Shown here in pieces: positions 29,034 through 41,876 of a stretch of DNA of 64,000 bases. Positions within the stretch are counted from its first letter, which is position 1; every line of letters starts with the position of its first letter. The notes under the pieces are model-generated. The model did not search any database. It saw only the letters and a program-made list of their open reading frames with translations, and was not told the origin of the DNA. The DNA is from Lama guanicoe. Lineage: Eukaryota. The position numbers and the translations under genes were made by a program. The stretch spans positions 1,054,001-1,118,000 of the forward strand of contig MU054212.1 in assembly GCA_013239625.1 (NCBI GenBank), read 5' to 3'.

Positions 29034-29177
29034 ATTTTTTTATTGAAATGTAGTTGATTTACAATGTTAGTTTCAGGTGTACAATATAGTGATTCAATAT
29101 TTTTATAGATTATACTCCATTTAAGCTTATTATAAAATATTGGTTCTATTCCCTGTAGTGTACATTACATCTTTGTG
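29034..29177 (-). mobile_element. 5'-truncated L1 3' end with TSD
   Basis: tttattgaaatgtagttgatttacaatgttagtttcaggtgtaca... flanked by TATTTTCAGATTT (29021-29033) and TATTCTCAGATTT (29178-29190). Confidence 0.8.
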
Positions 29178-32098
29178 TATTCTCAGATTTTAAAATTTCT
29201 TATTAAAATTACTGCTTGACGTTTTAAGTGAATGAAGCAGCTGCAGTTATGAAATGGTAATCTTTTTTTCTTCTGAACAGCTTTAAGGTACTTAAATACT
29301 ACCTCGTGGTTCCCATATATTGAAAGTATGAAATATCTCATTTTGCCTCATTTAGACAATTCTGTGCATTGTTACTAGAGGGCAGATTACGAGTGATAGG
29401 AAAGCTCTCCTCACAGCGAGAGCAGAGAGATCCACCTTGAAAGGTTTCTGTGGATGTGTTGGGGGTGAGGGGAGGAGGAGGAGGCGGCATCCGGGGAAGA
29501 TTTACATTGTATACCTAGGATTGGTCTGCTTGTATTTTGAAATGGGAACCGAGGGTAAAGAAGGACAAGCTATTGTAGTATCTGTTCTCTGCCAAGCACG
29601 GTGCCAGACGCGTTCCCTTTCATTCTCACTAGCCTAGTGACCACAAAAGAGTGCGGTGTATTTTATCATGACCACGTGATAGCGAGGGGACTCCAGCCTC
29701 GGTGTTTAGCGTGGACCAGGACACAGGCACTGTGGTTCTAAATCCAGGACTCGTTTCATTATACCATTCTACCTGTCTCACTCAGTTGATTCTATTTTGT
29801 AATTTGCCCTGTGACTGTTTTTCAGCAACTTAAACTTTCTTAGGTGTGGATGGTGGTAGCATTATCCTGTCAGCTTTTCCTTTATCAGGGCTGCCGCCTT
29901 AGTTTTGCCACTTTTTGTACCTGCTGACTTCGGTTTCTCAAAATTGGCTTCCTTGGGAGCAGCGCACGCTGTAGCGTGGTGGTTAGTAGTAAAAGAACCC
30001 ACAGTAGCTGGCGCAGTGTAAACCCTCCAGACACACTAACTAGCTCTGGTACTTGATGCCTTCCCCACTGTTGCTGGTCTTTCTCCTTGACGACATAGTT
30101 TGAGTAGAAGACATGTTGTGCTGAATGCAGGCAGCCTTCAGAGTTAGCCTCACATGATGCATTGGGAAGACTTAGATCCTATTATGTATTTGGACACTTC
30201 CTTTCCAGTTCCAGAGTTGAATGGCCTGCTGGAAAGCTCCATGATTTCATCCTAAGTGTTAGAGGAACACCTTTAGCTCAGTTTATCCGCAGAAGAGAGA
30301 ACACTTTGGTTTCTCTCCTTTCTTAGGATTCTTTTGTCACAACCATCCTTCCCCTTCTAGTAAACATTCTGGACTCTTATTACAGTTTAACAATAGAAAC
30401 ATATTTTGTACCTAGTGTAACAGTAACATTTTTATTAAAGCAAGGTCATCTCATGCCACATTACTAAGGTGATAAAAGTTTCACCAACAGCTGTCTAATG
30501 AGAAATGGTTACTTCATAGAAACATGACTGAAGGCCATTCTGAATTAGTAGAAAGCCCAGACTGTATAATTTGGATATCTTTCATAAAGGAATTAGAAAT
30601 AAGTACAGTAGAGGCTTTCTATAGGGATAGAAGACACTCCACAGTTGGGATTTCAGGTCGCAGCTGCCACTTCTGTCGTAACTGTGGTAGCATTGTAACG
30701 GGCTGCCCCGTGGCTGAGGCTGAGCCCGCATCATGCACTTGGAGATGTGCTCCTAGGGGTTGGGACAGATTGATGCTGCTTTGAGCCCAGGGATGTACCT
30801 TTGTAAGTTTGTGATCTGGACCACCTGAAACCCCATTCCCACGTTGGTCTGTGGGCTCAGAGCTCTCATCCAGCACCGTCACTCCCCTCCTGCACACAAA
30901 CGCACTCTCACTCCTGATGCTCACTTGTGTGCCACACGCTCAGGCCTTTAATACTCAGGCATGTGATGAGACAGGTGGTGGTTATGCGCATGAGAAGGCA
31001 CTCGAGTTTTAGGGATTGAGGTGCAGGTTAGTTTGACTGGTTGGGAGGCTGGGAGACAGAGCCATGGCCTACGGTGGCCTGTTGGGGTGGAGAGAAGCCA
31101 CTTGTAGCTCAGCTTGAAGGAAAATTTTACGGAGGGACTGATGCCTCAGTGTCAAGTGAGTAAGTGGAGGAAGGAGGTGGGTGAGGGGAGGGAGGAGGGT
31201 GTGAGAGGCGGTGGGTGGAAATGGAACTCTAGGACACGAGACGGAAAAAACCCGCGTGGAGGCAAGAAACGGCATCCGGAGAAGAGGGGTGAGAGCTGCT
31301 CTGTGTTATTAGGTTGTCGCATTGGATGGTTTTTCTACACTTACTGTTTGCCTCCCAGACCTGCTGGCTGGTCCATGTTTCCTGTGAGCGCTGCCTTCCA
31401 AGGTGTCTGGTGAGCTCACTCTTTATCTGACCCTCGTCCTCTTCAATGTGGCCCTCTCATCTGTCCTCAACATGCGGCTGCTCGTGCCTCAGGGTCCTGT
31501 TGTCACCATCTTTTTCTCTTTTTGGCTTGAGATATTACTTTTTTAATCAGGACCAGCGGGAGAGGTGAGACACACTGAACTCTGGTTACAGGAGATGTTT
31601 GGAGCTTTGTGGTTCTTATTTCACTGGCCTGGTGTTTACTCTCCCTCATCCTCCTGAGGCCCCCACCTCCATCCCCTGCTTCAACTCCTGGCATCTTTTT
31701 TGGACCCTAAAGCACCTGCAGTGTTTACCACTGCCAACACGACTGCGACTTTCTGGAAAATAAAGAACTGTAGCAAGTTGCAGTTAGCAGTTGTCAACTC
31801 AAACAGAAAGCACGTAATGGTTAGAGTGAACAATCGCTGATGATAAATATGCGTAAATAAGGGCTTGATGTAGAATTAGGGCATGGTTGTTATGAATTGT
31901 GGTTTTTCTTTTCCATTTTAAAGTATAAAAATGGCAAAAATGTGTTAACAACAAAAAGCAAGAAAATTTCATGGTGAGTAACATGTATTGTTTAAAATGA
32001 ATGTATGAATCCTAAATTGCTTAACACACAACAAAGCCCTGTGTCATATGGCCGTTAATTTCAGAGCCAGTCTTATGGTAGAGATGGCTCAGTGTGAT

Positions 32099-32289
32099 CT
32101 GGGGATTGCTAACTACACCCCGTGGACCAGATCTGGCTGGATGCTTTTGTGAATAAAGTTTTACTGGGACACAGCCAGACTCACTGGGTTACGTCTCTCT
32201 GTGAAGACATGAATAGCAGTGACAGGGCACACAGCCTGCAAAGCCTGCAATATTTACTCTCCAGCCCCTTAAAGTTTCAGGACCCCTGG
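32099..32289. mobile_element. MER58A-like hAT-Charlie DNA transposon
   Basis: ggggattgctaactac...tttgtgaataaagttttactgggacacagcca...gcctgcaaagcct...atatttact...gacccctg. Confidence 0.75.
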
Positions 32290-33266
32290 TACAAGCCATC
32301 ATTCTCCCTAGGAAAACTCCAAAGGCTTGCGCCGGAGCCCTGAGCCGACAGGCGCCCATGTAGCGTCCGCGCCCAGCGCTGTGCGGTGCCATGGGGGAGC
32401 GTGCCGGCCCCGTGTTGTCCGCAGGGTCTGGCTGCTCAGTCTGGAGGGAGAGTCCACGGGTGCAGAAATGCGGGGAACGAAGCGCCAGGGAGCAGAAGTG
32501 GTGTGAGGGACCTGGCGGGAGAGGAGACTCAGCTGCTGCCCTTTTCCATCCTCCTCGACTCAGTGGTGCGTTTCTAAAGACTCGTATATTGTTGTTCCAA
32601 CTATTGCAGTGTCTTAAAATGTCCAAGTGAAAGATTCTTAAAAATTCATTTGGCTTGATTGGAATTTTTTTTAAAAATGCAACTACCTATAGAACAATGG
32701 GAGAGTTTATGTAGGAAGTTATCAGAAAACAAGTGACTACCTGTGCGGCGGGTGTGTGTGCGTGCGGGGGGCAGGGCGTGAGGCCCTCTCTGTACCATGA
32801 AACCACCTGTGGACCCCCTGGCACATTGTGTTTCAGGCGTCTAGACCTTTGGCACAGACTCTTAGCTCCTAAAAGTCCATTTTCACACTCCAGTCTCCTC
32901 TGCCAGGGTCACACTCCTACTTGCCCGGCAAGAGCAGGAGGAGTTTGAAGAGGCTGGTGGCCGAGGACTCCAGGCAGAGGGAGAGGAGGACCGAGAGGAG
33001 ATGGCTGTTATTTCAAAACCGTGCTTGGCGCCGGCTCTTCCCCTTCAAGGGGGCGGAGTTCCCTGGGGGGAACTCATCTCTGTCTTAGACTTTTTCCACC
33101 ACTTGCTCTGTTCCCTAAATTCACAGTATGCTGTTCAGCTGGAAATGTAGGTCGAATTTGGGCTTGAATAGGCCTTCGTGAGCTAACCCGGGGATCTAGT
33201 CACCACTTAAAGCCTTATTATTTGGAGAAATATATTCCAGTTTCTGAACAGGTGACTTTGTGGGCA

Positions 33267-33410
33267 TTTTTTTTTTTTGAGGGATAGTTAACTTACAACG
33301 TACTCATTTCAGCTGTACAGCAAAATGGTCTTGACATTTGTGTATATTGTGCAGCGATCACGACAGTAAGTCTGGTTAACATGTGTCACCATAGATAGTT
33401 ACAAAAACAT
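33267..33410 (-). mobile_element. Short L1 3' end
   Basis: Poly-T then gagggatagttaacttacaac...cagtaagtctggttaacatgtgtcaccatagatagttaca. Confidence 0.65.
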
Positions 33411-33864
33411 GTTACGGAAAGCTGTTCGTAAATTTGCCGGGTGTAAGTTGTGTCAATGCCTTCCTGACCTCAGGTTTGAGGACCGAGGTGGGGCTCTTCG
33501 CGTGAAAGGTGGTTGATGGTTTGCCGTCTCCGCCCTTTTTCCCCTGGCTAAGGTTGCTTTCTCCATCTTTTCCTTCTTGCTCAAGAATTTCAGAGCACAA
33601 GAAATACATACACAACTGGGAAGTACCTTGTCTCACAGGAAAACGGTCCTTTATGACAGAGAAGTCCCCTCGAGAGTGTCTGCCGTGTGCAGGACACAAA
33701 GGTGAGAGGCAGATCCCTGCTCCAAGGAGGCATTGCTCACTTAATACCTTTACAGAGAGTCACTTGAACACCTGGTCTTGTCCAGAGCTATAACATCTCT
33801 GACATCACTAGTTTAGGTGACTTATTGTTTCCAAGACGCATGAAAATATTTGCATGGTGGTGGA

Positions 33865-34095
33865 TGCTGGGTGCTGCCTCCTCTGTGCCCGGCCACACAC
33901 CAGCACTCCCTGGATATTAATCCCCCTTTAGTCCTCCCCCCTGCTCTGTGAGGGGTGTCTGGTCTCCTCCCTCCTACAGCGGGAGGCGGGGGACACGGGA
34001 TGACCTGCCCAGGGTTTCACAGTGAGTGAGGAGCTGGGTTTGAACCCGGGCTGTCTGGCTGTGGAGTGTGTGTCTAACCACTCGCTACACTGCCT
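33865..34095 (-). mobile_element. MIR SINE (GC-drifted)
   Basis: acctgcccagggtttcacagtgagtgaggagctgggtttgaacccgggctgtctggct. Confidence 0.65.
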
Positions 34096-37094
34096 CGCTG
34101 CTGTAACTCTTACACCAGTTTACCTGTGTGCTGTGAATGTCATTTTGGGGTGGGTTTCCCCAGAAACCTGCAAACTACACTCTGACACCCAAAGGTGACT
34201 CAAGAAGCCACCAGGGAGGTCTGTCTGCAAGGGGTGTGTCACCCACGCTTTGGATGCTTTGTGGCTCCCGGCTGGCTCCAGGGTGAAGTCGGAGGTATCG
34301 GCTTGGCATAAGATGTGCTGTGATCCGGCCTGGCCGCTTCGCTGCCTCCCTCCTGCATCTTCCCCACTGGCTGTGCTGGAGAACATCGTATCATCTAACT
34401 AGCTGAGTGTGGTTCAAGACAGCTCAGATTTCCATGACAAGGCAGTGGCTTCTCTGTGTTCCTGCAGTGTCCCGCCCGTTTATCCGGCACTGGTCATGTA
34501 TGGTTGTGGTTCATGTGACTGCCTGTCCACGTGGGAGGGTTGAGGTGGGCAGATTTCTTGTCAGGTGTTCTGGCCTCTGAGCTTCCTGGAGTAAGGTGGG
34601 GTCCAAGAGGTTGTGTAGGCGAGTCAGCACCCCTTTATTTGCAAGTGCAGCTCAGGGACAGTGACCTTTAGGAGCCCGGATTCCTCTGACCTCTGCATAC
34701 TGATGTGGCACATCTGGACCCTGTGGAGGTTCTCTGAGTGCCAGTGGGTGCTCTGCTTCTCAAATGCAGGTAGCAGAACTCCTGTCTGGCCCGTCAGCAT
34801 CTTCTCTTTGGCGCATCCAGGCTGCCCTGGGGTTAGTGTGGGGCGATGGGGAGCAGAGCTGCTGCTGCTGAGCACAGGCTAGTCTTGACAGGTGCCATCA
34901 AAGGGAAGGTGGAGGCTCTGATGCAGCTCCCTGCTTCTGAAGTGGCCATGGGTCTCAGCTGCACCTGGCCGCGGGCAGTTGTAACCATGGGGATTACAAC
35001 CCTCTTTGAGCTTTATTGTCTGGTCAGGCCGAGGCCCAGCCTCATTGGCCGGCCCTTTTGCTACTTCCATCAGCCACCTGCAGTCCTCTGGGCTGCCCCT
35101 GGGTGGTGGCAGGACATGATCAGGTGTTACCTGCCTCTCTGGCATGAGAAGGCAGAAGACTAGCTTCCCGACTCCACAAATCCCTGCCCTGAATTTCAGG
35201 AAGAACTAGTCTCTGGAAAAGCTTGGAGGCTGGGAGGGGACGCTTTCTGGATGGGTGGATCTCGACTGTCTCAGATCTCATGCCCTCTTTTGTAACAGAT
35301 ATTCCATAATTCCCCTTCTGTGATCCTGGAATGAAACTGGTAAGATGAAATGATGTGCCCACACGTAGTGTCTAAAAAGTCAGTACGATGCCCAAATAGT
35401 ATCACAGAGGAAAAGCAAGAAGAAATTCATAATTACGCATTTGAACATGTAGATGCTCTGTGCACGTTCATCAGAAGATGAGGTTAGATGCCTTGCACCT
35501 GTGTATAATGAGTAACTTTGGATTTAAGACATCCGAAGCCATTCCATAGCAGAAAAATGAGTAGGTATACTTTAACATAAAAGAAACGAGAGACCAAGCT
35601 TTCCTGGGTCCGTGAAGAGAAAGCAGGGAAGCCAGCTTAATGAGGCAGGGTCATGTGCCAAGGCAAAACGCTGCTGCAGTGGAGGAAGTGAGGAAGCATG
35701 GTGGTTTTGCAATGAGCCAGGCTGCCTGTGTCAGAGTAACTCCCTGCGTTAGGACATGGGAGGTGTGCTGACAGAGTGTCTCAGAAAACAGATCTCCCAT
35801 CTTTTAATTTCTCCCCAAACCGAGTACTTGGGAGACCAGAGCCTTTCATAAATGTCTAGGATTAGAGGGTGAGTTGAAAAAGAAAAATTATAGGGAAATT
35901 GGGAGGGAGGGAGGTATGTGACCCCTGGGGACAGTATCAGAGTAAAGTAGAAAAACAAGAATCCAACCCAGCCCCAAATAATTTATGTGCAGTTCTCACG
36001 GTTTAAAATAAACTTCAGTATGCTTCCTGTCCTTAATATTAGATAGCTGGCAAAAATGAAATTTATTAAGGAAAATCATTGGTATCCAGTATTTCATGGA
36101 TCCTTAGCAATTTGACTTTAAATACATTTAAAGGAACTTCTAATAGCCCCTGTGAAATTTTGGTATGTGTTAGCTGCAGATGCAGGCTAGTGTAGCTGTG
36201 GTGTGTGGGCAGCTCAGATGCCACAAGCAAATGGTGCTGTTGGTGACAGTTTTCTAACGTTGTGAACAAATCTTGATAAAAGGTGTGTTTAAACAGGACT
36301 GGAACAATTTTGTTCTTCTGTGTCAATGGAGTTCCATTTTAGAACTAAATAACGGGAAACTGTTTCTTATCCACGTGAATTTCCAGACATTCAGAGGTTA
36401 TACATGACGTGGGTGATACTGGGACTCTCCTGCACCTTGAGGGTGTCTTGGGTCCTCGGCCCGTTCTGCTCCTGTCATTGTGTTACTCCCAGATGGCCCC
36501 TGCAGATTTCTGAAACACCTCCGTTGAGAAGTCCTGAGCTTGAGGGTGGCGGGAGCTCCAGATGAAATTTGGTTTGGTCTCTGCAGCTGAAATGCTGGAG
36601 CTGCTGGGAACAGCACGGGGCTGGGCCTCTCTGCCTGCAGGACGGGAGGGAAGCCCAGGCTGGTAGGGCTGCCTGGAAGGACTGTGCTAGATGAGGAAAC
36701 GCCCTGTTGCATCTGTGATCCCCTGTGCGAGGCAGGGCCGCAGGGTAGCGTGCCCCTCCAGTGTTGAGCCCCCTGGATGGGTTATTGCTCCCAAACAGCA
36801 GGTCGTCACCCACACACACGGCTGCTTCTAGGGCCCAGACAGCTCCGGGAAGGGACGTCAGCACTGGTTCTTCCATCCTTGCTACGTGGACGGAGAACCA
36901 CTGGGATCCCTTCCTTCTTCATTCTGTGTGGAGCCAACTTACAGGACGTGTGTCTTTCCAGCTCAGGTGACTTCATTTCGGAGGCCTAGTCCTCTTGTCC
37001 CACCCAGGTTTTCCTAACTTTGAATCTGTGTCTGAACTGGTCCACGCCCTTCCAGGGATGTGGGAACAAGCTTTTTGCTAAGTAGGACACGGAC

Positions 37095-37096
<2 letters not shown>

Positions 37097-37130
<34 letters not shown>
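37097..37130. repeat. (AC)17 microsatellite
   Basis: Read directly from the sequence. Confidence 0.95.
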
Positions 37131-37132
<2 letters not shown>

Positions 37133-40012
37133 CCAGATCCTCAGGAACAGATCCTCAGGAATCGGGACACAGTTGCCCCAAAGTTACACAGCCAAGGGGA
37201 CCGCCAAAGTGATTCTTCTAAAGTGGGAGAAAATAGGGCAGGATGCTTCGGCCAGGAGGAAACACCCCCCCACATGGTGTGGTCTCTGGTGGGGTGCCTC
37301 GGTAGACAGACAAGCAGAGCTTTCCCTGGTCCCATCCTCAACCCTGCCGTCACCTGCATCCCACATTACCTGTTAGCTCAGCCTGTTCTTATGTGCTGGA
37401 TTGTGCCATCATCTTCCTTCTGGGTGGGGCTTTTCTAGGACAGTGTGATGCATGCCCTCCCGGGTTCCCAGAGTCAATAAGCATTATTCGCTGTTCATCC
37501 CACTTTGGCCTCCTTGGCATCTAGATAGATGCCTTTTGCTTTGGAATTTCCTTTCTTGCCTCATCTCTGCATCCTTCAGGGTTTAGATCACTTAGGTTAT
37601 TCCCCTATAAAGTAACCAAACTGACTTTTAAATGTTTGTATCATTTCATCTATATCACAAGTAAAATTTGGAGTACTATTGTAACAGGACAGAAGATGAG
37701 GGAAAACGATATTTTGTATCCCAGTCCAAGTTGAATTTGCTAAATGGCAGATTTAGGTTTTGAGAAGCAATTGTATTAAACTGAAGTCCCGGCTGCATGG
37801 CTGCTTTCGGATTGCTTTCAGTATAATGAGTCACTGTCAAGGCTTCAGGTACTTAACCGCCCTTCATTTTGAATAGCGGATTGTAAAATCTCATGTTGTC
37901 AGCTGGTCCCTGGAGCAAGAACTTGATATCGTTGTGTCTTATAAATTGTGCTCACCCTCATCTTTGTTGGGGTCTGAAATAAAGCAGCATGTTGAATCCA
38001 TCAACTCCATACTTGTCTGATGTTGACTCTTGAACCGTCCAAGGCCAGCTGGGGCTGGCTTTTGTATGTCTACAGTTGTTGGAGAAATTGGGCCTCTCAC
38101 TTTCTTCCACATTATAGCAAGATGTGCATCAACTTAATTGCTCAGAAAAGAGCAGTTGAGAGTTTATTACATCTGGAATGCCATTTACTTCAGCGCTCCA
38201 CCACGGCCATCCACAAGTGTTTTGGTTATTTCTGTATTGATGATCGACGAGACACTCATTCCTTGAATTATTAAAATTACAAGCTGGGCCAGAAATGACT
38301 CCTCTCGAAATGTCAGAGGGAAAAAAGGAGTGAAGGGCCGTGGGAGGGTGGAAATGGCTGTCTGAAGTAGTTTAGCCAAATGTCAGGACCTGCTGTGGTG
38401 AGATTCTTGTTCTGGAGAAATTACCAATGTACAAATGGCAAGAAATGAGAGAATGGCTTGCGCGGGTTTTTCTCTAGCCCTTGTGTTTCATCTTGGATCT
38501 GAGCTGGGCTTATGAGAGAGGAGTTGAGGTGAACTTGAAATTGTGAGCTTTTCTCCTGATAGACCAATTTGAATTTTATCTCCAAGAAGAACAAAACCTC
38601 ATCAGAAAGCCATTCTGTTCAGTCTAAATTTATAGTTAAGGAAACTGAATAGTGAAGTCAATGTAAATGAAATTTTCTTGACCTTTGCTTTGCTGAAAAC
38701 TAAGGGAAAATGTGGGTGCCTTGGTGAGAGATACTTCCTCATGAAGTTCAGAGTTGCTTACTGAGCACTGTTTTACTAAAAATTCATTATGAAGAATGAG
38801 TCTCTGGTTTCACTTTGAAATGCCTTTTAACTGAAAAATAAAAATCTAAAATTTCTAAATGCTAAAATAGTGTTTGAATTGCTTGTGTAAACAACTGAGT
38901 GTTTAAACCTCAAATAAAGTATTCCTACAGTTTGTGGATTATTTACGAAGATGAGAAAGTTAATGGAAACGTTGATCAGTTTTGTTACTTAAATCAGCCT
39001 TGTTGAAGGATTGGCTGGAAAGGCTTTTTAGCTGGTTGATAATACGTGGTTTGGATGATCTCTGCAAGTTGCTTATCTGTGCTGATTCCACCTGTTATTG
39101 GTGTAGAATGGAAATGATTGTGTTGATTGTCTATTTGTATGATTTAGGATAGAGAAGGAACTAAATGTTGATGAGTTAGGAAGATATTTGATACACTTTA
39201 ATGACACAATTAGGAAAACTTAAAAAAAAAATTAAGACTTTATTTAGCCTGAAGTTATTTTCAGATTAGATCAGTAACTCTAAGTGAGCATCGGGCTCTA
39301 GCAATAAATGAATATGAATTAGCAAAGCTGGAGGGGAATCGGAATAAAGGAAGAGGGTTCAAGTTTTGTAATCCTGCAGTGGACTTGGTCTTTGCTTGCA
39401 TTTCCGCGCAAAGAATGATAATGAATAATAGAGGATAATCAGTGCTTACTGTTAACATGCACTGTGGCGCGTTTCATCCCTAAGCCCAATTCTCGCTGCA
39501 GCCCTGAGGATAAGTATTACTGTTACCACTTTGCTTGTGACAAAACAAAGGCTTCCTGAGTTAAAAAGATTGCGAGTGGGAGATCTGCCCCCAGCCCCAG
39601 AGTGTATGCTGGTTCCCCTGCTTTCTTGCAAAAGAACCCCGTTGACATTGTTTAGCATCACCCAGCAATATTGCAGGTCACTTGTTTCGCCTAATGGTCA
39701 CCTGCACATCTGCTTGTCTCGTGCTCCCAAGCCCAGTGGGTAGCTCCACTTGAAACAAGGTTATAGACACCAGAAGTCCAGGAGGTCCTCTAGGCACCTC
39801 TCTACCTTCTGTGTCTCCCAGTTTTCCTTTCTGAATAGCTCTGAACCCATTCACTTCTCTCCATCCCCAGCACCACCTCGTCCAAGCCACCGCTCACTTG
39901 GACTCACAGCAGAACCCAGCTGGCTTCCTCTTATCCTCTCTGTTCCCCCTCTGCCCCCACCAGAGTGACCTTGAGTCTAGTTATATTGCACAGCTAAGAA
40001 CCCTTTCAGCCT

Positions 40013-40520
40013 CTGATAGGCTGAAAAATGGTCCTGCTAAGAGATACCCATATCTTAAGCCCTGGATCCACAGAGGGTCACCTTAGATGGCCACAAAAAG
40101 GGTCTTTGAAGACATGATTAAGTTAAAGGTTTTGAGATGGGAAGATTATCCTGATTATCTGGGCGGATTGCCATTCCACCTGGATTGGGTGAACGCAATC
40201 ACATATCCTTATGAGAGGCAGGCAGAGGGAGATTTTACACACACAGAGGAGACCGTTACAAGAACGGAGCAGAGAGAAGTTCGAAGACATGAGAGTTGGC
40301 AGCCGTTAGCCCGGAAATGCAGGCAGCTACTAGGAGCTGGAGCCATCCACGCTTGGTTCTCCCTGGAGCCTCCAAAGGGAGCTCAGCCCTGCCCACACCT
40401 TGATTCAGCCCAGTGAGGCTGTACTCAGACTTCTGGCCTCCAGGCCTGGGAGAAAAAAAATTTCTATTGTTCTAAGCTACCGAGTTTGTGATAATTCATT
40501 ACAGCAGGCAACTAAAATTA
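40013..40520 (+). mobile_element. MaLR LTR (MLT1D-like)
   Basis: tgataggctgaaaaatggtcc...ggtctttgaagacatgattaagttaaagg...gagatgggaagattatcctgattatctggg...cagacttctggcctccag...gtttgtgataattcattacagca. Confidence 0.8.
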
Positions 40521-41876
40521 TCTCCTTCTGCTCTCAGGATTAGGACCAGAGTCTCTGACAGCATCCCTGTGGTGTGGCTTGGCCCTGCGTGGTTTGCCCC
40601 TTGGCCATTTACTACTTTTATCTCTTTTTTCTTATATTTTAGAACAATTTCATTGTGTTCCTTCTAGGCGAGGGCTGTATAGAGCCAAGGAAGCTCATGC
40701 TGTAAAATAGATTTCTAGCTCCTCTTTTCATGTGGTGGTTTACATAAACATGGAAAAGCAAAAGAGCTTTAAATTGACAATGGTTTTGGTTTTAGTAAGC
40801 TTCAGAATGTATATTAATGTTCATTCAAAATGTCACCGCCTCTGCCGGTCATGCCACTTCGTCACCTTATGTTGCGTGCTGTGCTCTTCCTTCCTGTGGT
40901 TCTAGCCATCATGGTCACCTTTCAGATTCTTGAAAATTCCCTGAGAACTATGTTCCTTTCTTCTGGGATTCTCACCTCAGTTTGTAATTGTACATAGTTA
41001 GCACTTGCCTTGTGTGGTTCTAATAGGCGTGGATTTCAGTTACCAGAGGTTAGTTAAATAACTGGTCCCCCTGTGAGGTGGGTCGCATTTCAGTTTCACT
41101 TGTGTATCAGCTGTGAGTAACTGCACACAAGCTGCCGGCCCTTCCGCCCACAAATCATCACAGATGTGACAGATGCACATCACTTCTTTCAGAGTCCGCC
41201 TGTGATTGGTCCCTGCGCATTGCTTACTCAGTTCCCGCACAAACGGCCAAGTATATTATTGTTTCCTCCTTGCCTCATGGTGGTAACCCACATGACATTT
41301 TACAAAAAACGGCTATTGGAAAGAGGGATTTGATCCACAGAGATGAAAGTGCAGCAGAGAAAAAGGTGATAATGCAGAAAGGGAAATTTGAATCAAATAA
41401 GAACGGAATTAGAGAAGGATTACTGACCCTGCGTCGTTTGCGACTCCCCGTGCGCACCCACGGGTGCCCAGTGGACACAAGCTTATCAACCCAAAGGAGG
41501 AAAGTAGTTGTTAGGAAAAAGATGAGGATGTCCCAGGGCAGATGATGTATGTAAAAGCTTCACAATAAAGGAATCTCAGATACACTTGACAACCTTGAAA
41601 GCACAGAGGTTGAAATGCGAAAGCTGATCCAAAGGTAGTAAGCAGTATGCCAGTTCAGCAAGGCATGATAGCAAAAACGCTTGCTCTACATCACGAGTTA
41701 CATGACAAGAAGAAAGCAAGCACTGTTCAAACACTCCTGATACATTTTTTAGAGAAGTAAAATACCTGAATGCTCAATGTTTCTAATGTTTTAAATTATA
41801 GGCTACAAGTAAATGTAAGTTTCAGTATTGTTTCATTTTCCTATACACTTATAACTGACAGTACTTTTTAATGTTT

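Noticed and set aside
41270..41545. 91-aa lysine-rich ORF in the Tigger6-like element (possible domesticated transposase)
   Set aside because: Short remnant of an internally deleted element, non-ATG start, no catalytic domain visible.
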